Of a stretch of 64,000 nucleotides of DNA, positions 49,732 through 58,270 are shown one piece after another. The notes beneath the pieces are model-generated. The model had not been told where the DNA came from. It was given only the letters and a program-made list of their open reading frames with translations, and did no database searches. This stretch comes from an uncultured Acidobacteriota bacterium (GTDB taxonomy: Bacteria > Acidobacteriota > Thermoanaerobaculia > Multivoradales > UBA5704): positions 1,184,001 through 1,248,000 of the forward strand of contig CAVYRF010000002.1 of assembly GCA_963770895.1 (NCBI GenBank). The letters run 5' to 3'. The stretch's first letter is position 1; each line of letters begins with the position of its first letter. The translations under genes were made by a program, and so were the position numbers.

Positions 49732-50945
49732 GCCGGAACCCGCACCCGCCGGGTCGGCGCCAGCGACTCGCGCAGAGTCGCCACTTCGACCGTCAGCGCA
49801 TCCAGGAACAGGTCCACCTCGCCGGGCAGGTTGCGCGGGCCGAAGCTGATGCGCAGCGACGCCAGCGCTTCGTCCGCGGAAATGCCCATGGCGAGCAGCG
49901 TCTTGCTGGGCTCGACGACGCCCGAGGAACAGGCCGAGCCGGTCGACACCGCAAACCCGGCAAGGTCGAGCCGGATCAGCAGCGCTTCGCCCTCGACGCC
50001 GGGAAACGCCACGTGCGAGGTGTTGGGCACCCGCGGCCAGGCGCGGCAGTGGACGATGGCGCCGGGGATGGCCGCCAGCCCGTCTTCGAAGCGGTCGCGC
50101 AACGCCGCCATCCGCGCCGCGCGCTCGGGCAGCTCGGCCTGCACCAGGGCCGCCGCCGCCCCCAGGCCGACGATCGCCGGCACGTTCTCGGTGCCGGCGC
50201 GCCGCCGCCGCTCCTGGCTGCCGCCGAGCAGCAGCGGCTCGACGGTGCACCCCTCGCGCATCCACAGCGCCGCGGCGCCGAGCGGGCCGCCGAACTTGTG
50301 CGCCCCCAGGACCAGCAGGTCGGCACCCAGGCGGGTCACGTCCACCGGAATGCGGCCCACCGCCTGCGCCGCGTCGCAGAGCAGGGGTATGCCGCGCCGC
50401 TGGCACTCCGCCGCGACCTCGGCGACCGGCTGCACCGTCCCCACCTCGTTGTTGGCGAGCATCAGGCAGACCAGGCGGGTGTCGGGGCGCAGGGCGTCGA
50501 TCATCGCCGCCGCGCTGACCACGCCCGAAGGCGCGGGCGCCACGCGCGTGACCGCCATGCCGCGGCGCTCGGCGCGCGCCGCCGCCTGGCGCAGCGACGA
50601 GTGCTCCAGCTGCGACAGCACCAGGTGGCCCCCGCCGGCGTCGCCGACGCTGGCAACCACCGTATTGTTGGCCTCCGTCCCCGAGGCGGTGAAGATCACC
50701 TCCGGCGGCCGGGCGCCCAGCAGCGCCGCCACCCGCTCGCGCGCCTCCTCGACGGCGTTGCGCGCCGCCTGGCCGAAGCGGTGGATCGAAGAGGGGTTGC
50801 CGTGCCGCTCGCCGAGCCACGGCAGCATCGCTTCGCGGACCCGCGGGTCGAGCGGCGTGGTGGCGTTGTAATCCAGATAGACGTCGGCCCGGACGGGCTG
50901 GGGGTCGCTCCCTCCGGTGCGGGGCGGCTGCGCGGGCGGCACCAT
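49728..50945 (-). CDS. iscS: Cysteine desulfurase (IscS/NifS type)
   Basis: [48 protein letters not shown]. Confidence 0.94.
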   Translation of the reverse strand: MVPPAQPPRTGGSDPQPVRADVYLDYNATTPLDPRVREAMLPWLGERHGNPSSIHRFGQAARNAVEEARERVAALLGARPPEVIFTASGTEANNTVVASVGDAGGGHLVLSQLEHSSLRQAAARAERRGMAVTRVAPAPSGVVSAAAMIDALRPDTRLVCLMLANNEVGTVQPVAEVAAECQRRGIPLLCDAAQAVGRIPVDVTRLGADLLVLGAHKFGGPLGAAALWMREGCTVEPLLLGGSQERRRRAGTENVPAIVGLGAAAALVQAELPERAARMAALRDRFEDGLAAIPGAIVHCRAWPRVPNTSHVAFPGVEGEALLIRLDLAGFAVSTGSACSSGVVEPSKTLLAMGISADEALASLRISFGPRNLPGEVDLFLDALTVEVATLRESLAPTRRVRVPA

Positions 50946-51100
50946 GGCCGCGCCATTGTAGCGCGTGGTCTCAGCGAACGATCCGCAATTGGCTCTTGCG
51001 GCAGAAGGCAAACGCCGCCACAATGAGAGCCGCTGCCGCAATCTCTTTGCGGGTTGATGCGCATCCCGCGGAGCGGCGGTTACCTCCTGGAGTCACGACG

Positions 51101-53896
51101 ATGGCCATGCCTCGGACCCTGCGCGCTCCCCTCCTGACAGCTCTCCTCGCCGCGAGCCTGGCGGCACCGGCCTTGCCGGCGCTCGCCGCCGCTACCGCCG
51201 ACCAGGGCGGTGCCAACGACCAGGGCGGCCAGAGCGCCGCCGGTGGTCAGAGCCCGCAGGGCGGCCAAAACGCCCCAGGCGGACAGGGCGCCCAAAGCGG
51301 TCAGAGCGGTCAGAGCCCGCAGGGCGGACAGGCCGGCCAGGGGGGCCAAAGCGGTCCGAGCCAGGGAGGCCAGGCCGGCCAGACCGCCCCAAGCGGTCCG
51401 AGCCAGACCGCACAGAGCGGACAGCCCGGACAGGTCGCCCAGCCGGCGGTCCAGCTGCCCAACAGCAAGCCCGCCTCGAAGAGCGACAAAAAACTGATCG
51501 CCGCGCTGCCACCCAAATACCGCGAGTGGCTGGAGTTTGTCGATCTGCTGATCACCAAGGCGGAGAAGAAGTCGTTCCTGGCGCTCGCCGAGGACTACCA
51601 GCGCGACGCCTTCATCGAGCGCTTCTGGGAGGTGCGGGACGGCAACGGTACCCCCGGCGACTTCCGCCGCAGCTGGGAGGCGCGGGTCGAGCAGGTCATC
51701 GCGCAATACGGCTCGGTCAGGGACGACCGCGCGCGGGTGTTCCTGCTCAACGGCCCGCCGGGCGGCGTGATCGCCGAGCACTGCGCCACCGTCCTGTGGC
51801 CGATCGAAGCCTGGTACTACCAGCGCAGCGAGCGTTTCGGCAACGAATTTGTCGTCGTGTTCTTTCAGCTCTGGGGCGCCGGGCCGTGGCGGATCTGGGA
51901 GCCGACCGAGGGATTGGCCGACCTGTTCATGAACAACAACCCCTCCAACGGCCTGCAGGAGATCGTCAACGAATGCCGCAACGGCGACTCCATCGCCGGA
52001 GCGCTCAGCTGGGTGAACGGCCAAGGCCTGGGCTACATGACCCTGGAAGCGACCTTCCTGTCGAACGCCAAGGGGCCCGGCACCGAATGGATCAGCTCGT
52101 TCCATTCGTATTCGACCGACCTGGCGGCGACCACCTCGCCGCTGCCGGCCAAGCTGGAAACGTCCTACCCCGGACGCCACGGCGAGCGCACCCTGTTGCA
52201 GGCGCTGCTCACCGTGCCGGCGAGCAGCCCGGCGGTCGTGCAGCTCGCCGACCGCCGGTCGTACAACCTGCTGGTGACCGGCGAGATCCTGCAGGGCAAG
52301 CACCTGTTCGAAAACTTCCGCTACAAATTCGAGTTTCCGGGCGACGAGCCGCAGACCGCCAACCTGCCGGTCGTCTTCCAGCGCCCGCTGCGTCCCGGCC
52401 AGTACACGCTCATCGTCAAGCTGGAGGATCTCAACTCCAACAAGGCGGCGCGCATTCAGCAGGAGCTGACCGTGCCGCAGGTGGACAACGAAGCGCCGGC
52501 GCCGCCGCCGAGCGACCCCGAAACGCGCGAGGTGCTCAACGAAGCCAACGCCGCGCTCGGCACCGGCGAAACCACGCTCAAACTGATCGCGCCGCGCGGC
52601 GAGCTGCAGACCGGCATGAACCGCTTCGACACCCTGGCCACCGGCCACAACATCGAGCGCGTCACCTTCTCGCTCGACGGCAAGGCGATCCTCACCAAGG
52701 TGAAACCGCCGTTCAGCGTCGAGCTCGACCTGGGCAGCCTGCCGCGGCCGCGCACCCTGCTCGCCACCGCCTTTGACAAGGGCGGCGAACAGGTAGCCAG
52801 CGACGAGCTGATCATCAACGCCGCGCCGCACCGCTTCCGCGTGCGCCTGACCGAGCCGCAGAAGGGGCGCCGTTACAGCCGCAGCCTGCTGGCGCGCGTC
52901 GAGGCCGAAGTGCCCGAAGACGAGGTCCTGGACCGGGTGGAGATCTACCTCAACGAAGACCTGGTGGCGACGCTCTACCAGCCGCCGTTCACCCAGCCGA
53001 TCGTGCTGCCCAAGGGGCAGCCGCTCGCCTACGTGCGCGCGGTCGCCTACACCGACGACGACGCTTCGACCGAAGACCTGGTGTTCGTCAATGCCTTGGA
53101 CAGCAACATCGAGCAGCTCAACGTGCAGTACGTCGAGCTCTACACCGCTGTGCTCGATCGCGCGGGGCACCCCGCCATGGGCCTGACGGCAAAGGATTTC
53201 AACGTCACCGAAGACGGCGCCAAGCAGACCATCAGCCGCTTCGAACCGGTCGCCGACCTGCCCATTCACGCCGCGGTGGTGCTGGATTCCTCGGCCTCGA
53301 TGGAAAAGAGCATCCAGGAGGCGCGCGACGCCGCGCTGGGCTTCCTGCGCGACGCCATCCAGCCCAAGGACCGCGCGGCGATCATCACCTTCAACGACCA
53401 TCCCAACATCGGCGTCAAGTTTTCCAACGACCTGACGACCCTTGCCGGCGGCCTGGCCGGCCTCAAGGCCGAGCGCGGCACCTCGCTGTGGGACACCCTC
53501 ATCTTCACCCTCTTCTACTTCAACGGCGTCAAGGGCCAGCGCGCCATCCTGCTGCTCACCGACGGCCGCGACGAAGGCAGCCGCTTCACCTTCGAAGACG
53601 CCCTGGAAGACGTCCGCCGCGCCGGCGTCACCATCTACACCATCGGCCTGGGCCAGGACATCGAGAAACACAAGCTGTCGCGCCTCAGCGAAGAGACCGG
53701 CGGCCGCGCCTTCTTCATCAAGAACGCCGCCGAGCTGCCCGCCATCTACGCCACGATCGAGCAGGATCTGCGCTCGCAATACCTGATCGCCTACCAGTCC
53801 AACAACACCACTCCGGACAACGTCTTCCGCACCGTCGACGTCAAGGTCACCCGCTCCGGCCTGGAAGCCAAGACCCTGCACGGCTACTACCCGTAG
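51101..53896 (+). CDS. Secreted GWxTD-like + Ig-like + VWA (acidobacterial VWFA-type) protein, paralogue 1
   Basis: Signal peptide, Gly/Gln/Ser repeats, YREWLE...FIERFWEVRD...DDRARVFLLNGPP; MIDAS DSSAS, LLTDG, ETGGRAFF, LRSQYLIAY; ends GYYP. Confidence 0.88.
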   Translation: MAMPRTLRAPLLTALLAASLAAPALPALAAATADQGGANDQGGQSAAGGQSPQGGQNAPGGQGAQSGQSGQSPQGGQAGQGGQSGPSQGGQAGQTAPSGPSQTAQSGQPGQVAQPAVQLPNSKPASKSDKKLIAALPPKYREWLEFVDLLITKAEKKSFLALAEDYQRDAFIERFWEVRDGNGTPGDFRRSWEARVEQVIAQYGSVRDDRARVFLLNGPPGGVIAEHCATVLWPIEAWYYQRSERFGNEFVVVFFQLWGAGPWRIWEPTEGLADLFMNNNPSNGLQEIVNECRNGDSIAGALSWVNGQGLGYMTLEATFLSNAKGPGTEWISSFHSYSTDLAATTSPLPAKLETSYPGRHGERTLLQALLTVPASSPAVVQLADRRSYNLLVTGEILQGKHLFENFRYKFEFPGDEPQTANLPVVFQRPLRPGQYTLIVKLEDLNSNKAARIQQELTVPQVDNEAPAPPPSDPETREVLNEANAALGTGETTLKLIAPRGELQTGMNRFDTLATGHNIERVTFSLDGKAILTKVKPPFSVELDLGSLPRPRTLLATAFDKGGEQVASDELIINAAPHRFRVRLTEPQKGRRYSRSLLARVEAEVPEDEVLDRVEIYLNEDLVATLYQPPFTQPIVLPKGQPLAYVRAVAYTDDDASTEDLVFVNALDSNIEQLNVQYVELYTAVLDRAGHPAMGLTAKDFNVTEDGAKQTISRFEPVADLPIHAAVVLDSSASMEKSIQEARDAALGFLRDAIQPKDRAAIITFNDHPNIGVKFSNDLTTLAGGLAGLKAERGTSLWDTLIFTLFYFNGVKGQRAILLLTDGRDEGSRFTFEDALEDVRRAGVTIYTIGLGQDIEKHKLSRLSEETGGRAFFIKNAAELPAIYATIEQDLRSQYLIAYQSNNTTPDNVFRTVDVKVTRSGLEAKTLHGYYP

Positions 53897-53946
53897 GGTC
53901 CTGGGTCAGCCAGGCCGGGGGCCGGGGGCCGCCGGGGGAGCGCCCT

Positions 53947-55299
53947 TCAACGGGACGCACGGCCGCCGGTGTAGACGGTGGTCCGCGGGTGGTAGGTGCG
54001 CCAATCGAACCAGTAGTCCTTGAAGGCGGGGATGGGCTGCAGGCGCCGGCCGGCCAGCGGGCCGCTCAGCGCTACGCCGGCGAAGCTCCAGGCGCTGCCG
54101 GTGGCGCCGTCGACCCAGGGCGCGGCGGCGGCGCCGGCCGGCCCGGCGAACAGCGACAGGCGGCGGCCGTCGACGGCGCCGGCGAAGACGCGCATGGAGC
54201 GGCCGTCGTCGCCGGTCAGGATCACCAGCGGCACGCCTCCCAGGTCGTCCATGACCGGGCCGCCCTGGAGCCGCAGAAGGTCGACCGGGTAGGCGCGGTC
54301 GGCGCCGCCCAGCGTCAGGCCGACCACCAGGGTGCGCGGCGGCAGCGGACCGGCCGCGGCGCTGACCACCGGCAGGCGGTCGGTCGTCGCCTCCCAATCA
54401 GCGCTGAAGGCCCGCCAGTCCGCGCTGGCCGCGGGGCGCAGCACGCGGCCGCCGGGGTGCTCGGACCGCCAGGTGGCGAAGCTCACCTCGTCGGCGAAGA
54501 CCGGCTGCAGGCGGGTGCCGCGCAGCGGGCCCAGGAACGCCTTGCCGTCCGCCTGCTGCCACCACGAGCCGGTCTGCTCGTCCCGCATGATGAAGTTCTG
54601 GTTGTTGATGCCGCTCAGGTGAAAGGTGAGCCGCCGGCCGCCGTCGATCGCCGCGTTCCACACCAGACCGGTGTGGCAGAGCGTTCAGTAGGTGACCGCG
54701 ACGGGCGTTCCTCCCACGGTGTCGAGAACCACGTGGTGGTAGGCGATCTGGCGCACCGGATACGCCGCGGCGTCGCCGCCGATGGCAACCGCCAGCACCA
54801 TGTCCCGCGGATCGACGAAGGCAGACGCCGACGCGGCCGGAACGTAGCCCGGATGCGGCAGCGGCTTGAACATCAGCTCGAAATGGTTCACCCGTGAGAT
54901 CCCGGCGGACAGGCCGGCGACCAGGACCAGCAGCGCCAGCGCCGTCCGCGCCGGCCAGCGCGCGCCCCGCCACTGCCGCCAGGCCAGCGCCGCGACCGCC
55001 GCCAGCGCCAGGAGCGTCGCGAGCGGCGAGATGCGGCGCAGCACGTACGCCTTGGTCACCAGCGCGGAGGTCTGGGGAGCGAAGGGCCGCAGCGCCCAGG
55101 CCGGCGACAGCACCATCCACAGGGCCGCGCCGGCGATGGCGACCAGGGCCGCCCAGCGCCACGCCCGCCAGCGGTCGCGCGCCGCCGCCGGGGCGCCGGC
55201 CACCGGGGCGCCCGACGCCGCGCCAGGAGCCGCGACCGCCAGGTCGTGCGGCGGGGTTGCGGGCGTTGCCCGGGGATCGCGCGGGTCGTGGTGCGGCAT
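53947..55299 (-). CDS. DUF3179-family membrane-anchored selenoprotein (in-frame TGA at 54685-54687 read as Sec, UxxC motif)
   Basis: ORFs 54685-55299 and 53947-54663 are one frame separated by a single TGA: AYPVRQIAYHHVVLD...VAVTY-U-TLCHTG...MRDEQTGSWWQQ...GPLRG...YWFDW. Family motif is TYCxxC. Confidence 0.88.
54658..54676 (-). promoter_or_regulatory. Bacterial SECIS-like hairpin
   Basis: CCACACC-GGUCU-GGUGUGG, 7-bp stem after an 8-nt spacer following the UGA; GGUCU also occurs at the apex of the E. coli fdhF SECIS. Confidence 0.8.
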
Positions 55300-55409
55300 G
55301 CGGGCACCTCCTGGTCAAGGCATCGGCGGTCTGCCGGCCGGCACAGCTTATCGCCACCCGGATGACGGCGCGACAGCCGCTGGCAGGGTGCTTGCTTTGC
55401 TTCCCCGGC

Positions 55410-58202
55410 ATGGACGAGCGCGGCCCCTTCGAACCACCCCACGGCACCTGGCCTGACCTGCAGGCGCGGGCTCGCCTCCTGGCCGGCCGGGCATGGCGGC
55501 GGGTGCGCGGCGCCGGCGCCGACCTGTCCCGCTTCGTGGGCGAGCGGCGATGGCTGCGCCTGAGCCTGATCGCCGCCGCGGCCGCGACCGCGGCGCTGGC
55601 CGTGGCGGGAGGGGCGGCCTGGCAGACCTGCGGCTTTGCCGGCTGCCCCGACGCCGCGCGGCTCGCCGCCTACCGGCCGGACGGGGCGCCGCTGCTGCTC
55701 GACCGTCACGGTCAGGTCATCGCCACGCTGTCGCCGGACGACGGTTCCCAGGTGCGGCTGGCTTCGCTCCCCGCCCATGTCGCGGCGGCCTTCGTGGCGA
55801 TCGAGGACCGGCGCTTCTTCGAGCACGGCGCCGTGGACTGGCGCCGCGCCGTCGGCGCCTTCACCGCCAACCTGCGCGCGCACGCCATCGAGCAGGGCTT
55901 CAGCACCCTGTCGATGCAGCTGGCGCGCAACGTCTTCCCGCAGGAGATCCCGGGCAGGGAACGCACCCCGTCGCGCAAGCTGATCGAGATCCGCGTCGCG
56001 CAGCAGCTGGAAGCGCGCTACAGCAAGCCCGAGATCCTGGAGCTATACCTCAACCACATCTACTTCGGCAACGGCGCCCGCGGTATCGAGGCGGCGGCCT
56101 GGCAGTACTTCCGCGAGCCGGCGGCGCGCCTCACCCTGGCGCAGGCGGCCCTGCTCGCCGCGCTGCCCAAGGCGCCCACGCGCTACGATCCGCGGCGCCA
56201 CCCGGACCGCGCGCTGACGCGCCGCAACCTGGTCCTGGCGTGCATGGCGGCGCAGGGACGCATTGCGTCCAGCAGCGCCGCCGCGGCAAGGCACGAACCC
56301 TTGGGCGTGCGTCCGCCGCCCGAACGCCCGCCCGGCCAGCCGGTGGTCGCCTCCTATTTCGTCGAGGAGGTGCGGCACCAGCTGGAGGAGCGCTTCGGCG
56401 CCAGCCTGTACGACCAGCCGGTGCGGGTATGGACCAGCCTCGACCTGACGGCTCAACGCGCCGCCGAGGAAGAGCTGGAGCACCAGCTGCAAGCGATCGA
56501 GGCGCACGGCCTGCGGCACGCGGCGCGGGCGAAGGCGGACGACGACGACGGCGGCGACCAGCGGCTGGAGGGGGCGGTCGTGACCCTCGCCGCCGCCAGC
56601 GGCGACGTGCTGGCCTGGGTGGGAGGCCGCGACGGCGACGCGTCGCGGTTCGACCGCGTGGCCAATGCCCGGCGGCAGGTGGGCAGCGCCTGGAAGCCCT
56701 TTGTCTACGCCGCCGCCCTGGCGCGCGGCGTGCCGCTCAGCCAGAACATCGCCGACACGCCGCTGGTCGTGCCGCTGGGCGGCGGCGCCAGCTGGGAGCC
56801 GCGCAACTACGACGGTTCCTTCGACGGCCAGGTAACCCTGCGCGAAGCCCTGGTCCGCTCCAAGAACGTGCCGACCGTGCGTCTGTCGCAGGCGATCGGC
56901 TACGGCCAGATCGCCGAGCTGGCGGCCAGCGACGGCATCCCGGCGGATGGGCCCCTGGTGCCGTCGATGGCGCTCGGCACCGTCGCCGCCTCGCCGCTCA
57001 AATTGACCGCCGCGTATTCCGCCTTTGCCAACCTGGGCTGGCGCGCCACGCCGCGCCTCATCCTGCGCGTCGATCGCGCCGACGGCACGACGCTGTGGAC
57101 GGCGCCGGTGCCCAACCGGCGGCAGGTGCTCGATCCATCGGTCGCCTACCTGCTGGACGACGCGCTGCGCGACGCGATGCTGCGCGGCAGCGGCGCCCCC
57201 GGCCTGCCGCCGGGCCTGGCCGGACGCGCCGGCGGCAAGACCGGCACCAGCACCGGCGGCGACGACGTCTGGTTCGTCGGCTTCACGTCCGAGGTGGTCA
57301 CCGGCGTCTGGATCGGCTTCGACGAACCGCGACCCATCGCCAACCAGGCCACCGGCGGCCGCCTTGCCGCGCCGATCTTCCGCCGCCTGATGACCCGCTT
57401 CTACGCCGGGCGCCCCGCCCCCGCCTGGCCGGCCATGCCCGCCGGCGTCGAAACCGCGGCGATCGACCCGGTCAGCGGCCGGGTGCTGTCGGCCGGCTGC
57501 GTTCCCGCCGGCGGCGTCCCGGCCCGGCAGGAACTGTTCCTGGCCGGCCACGAGCCCGAATCCGCCTGCCCCGGCGACGTCACCGCCGATGCCGCGCTGG
57601 TGACGATCTCGCCGGCGGCGGCAACGGTGCCGGCGGCCTATCAGCAGGACGACGAATCTTCGGCAACGCGCGACGCGGCCGGCGGCGAGGCTCCGGCGGG
57701 CGATGCGGCGACGGCGCCGACCGCCCCCGCGGCAGCCGTGCCGCGGGACGGCGCGGCGGCGGCATCCGAGCAAGCGGGCGCCGGCGCTGGCGGCGGCGTC
57801 ATCGTCTCCGGCGGCGCCACCGGCATCTCGGCCAGCGCCACCAATCTCGCGGGGTGGTGGACCGTCGTCATGACCGCCGACGGCGCTTCCGGCACCGCCC
57901 GCGGCGCGCGCCAGACCTACCTGGTCGCGCTGCGCCAGCAGGGCACGGAGGTCACCGGCAGCGGCGAATGCTGGGAAGTGGACGGCCGCCAGCTCGCCGC
58001 CGGCTCGCGCAACCGCATCGACGTCGCCGGCACCATCGAAGGCCGCGAAGTCCGCCTCCACTTCACCGAGCGCGGCTCCGACCAGGGCAACGCCGGCACC
58101 CTCTTCTTCCACCTGGCACCCGGCGGCCAGGACCTGGCCGGCACCTTCACCGCCGGCGCCGACAACGCGCACGGCGTCGCAGCGGCCACGCGCCTGCGCT
58201 GA
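55410..58202 (+). CDS. Class A penicillin-binding protein (PBP1A family) with extra C-terminal beta-rich domain
   Basis: TG motifs EDRRFFEHG, GFSTLSMQL, RKLIE, ILELYLN; TP motifs SAWK, SKN, KTG. Confidence 0.93.
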   Translation: MDERGPFEPPHGTWPDLQARARLLAGRAWRRVRGAGADLSRFVGERRWLRLSLIAAAAATAALAVAGGAAWQTCGFAGCPDAARLAAYRPDGAPLLLDRHGQVIATLSPDDGSQVRLASLPAHVAAAFVAIEDRRFFEHGAVDWRRAVGAFTANLRAHAIEQGFSTLSMQLARNVFPQEIPGRERTPSRKLIEIRVAQQLEARYSKPEILELYLNHIYFGNGARGIEAAAWQYFREPAARLTLAQAALLAALPKAPTRYDPRRHPDRALTRRNLVLACMAAQGRIASSSAAAARHEPLGVRPPPERPPGQPVVASYFVEEVRHQLEERFGASLYDQPVRVWTSLDLTAQRAAEEELEHQLQAIEAHGLRHAARAKADDDDGGDQRLEGAVVTLAAASGDVLAWVGGRDGDASRFDRVANARRQVGSAWKPFVYAAALARGVPLSQNIADTPLVVPLGGGASWEPRNYDGSFDGQVTLREALVRSKNVPTVRLSQAIGYGQIAELAASDGIPADGPLVPSMALGTVAASPLKLTAAYSAFANLGWRATPRLILRVDRADGTTLWTAPVPNRRQVLDPSVAYLLDDALRDAMLRGSGAPGLPPGLAGRAGGKTGTSTGGDDVWFVGFTSEVVTGVWIGFDEPRPIANQATGGRLAAPIFRRLMTRFYAGRPAPAWPAMPAGVETAAIDPVSGRVLSAGCVPAGGVPARQELFLAGHEPESACPGDVTADAALVTISPAAATVPAAYQQDDESSATRDAAGGEAPAGDAATAPTAPAAAVPRDGAAAASEQAGAGAGGGVIVSGGATGISASATNLAGWWTVVMTADGASGTARGARQTYLVALRQQGTEVTGSGECWEVDGRQLAAGSRNRIDVAGTIEGREVRLHFTERGSDQGNAGTLFFHLAPGGQDLAGTFTAGADNAHGVAAATRLR

Positions 58203-58270
58203 GCGCGCGCGCCGGATCTGTAGAATGGATCTGCCGCCGGTGGGAGCCGCGGACCAGGGGGAGGTTTGTG

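Noticed and set aside
53947-55299. Two separate genes or a nonsense pseudogene
   Set aside because: The TGA falls on the conserved Cys position and is followed by a SECIS-like hairpin; Sec readthrough is the simpler explanation.
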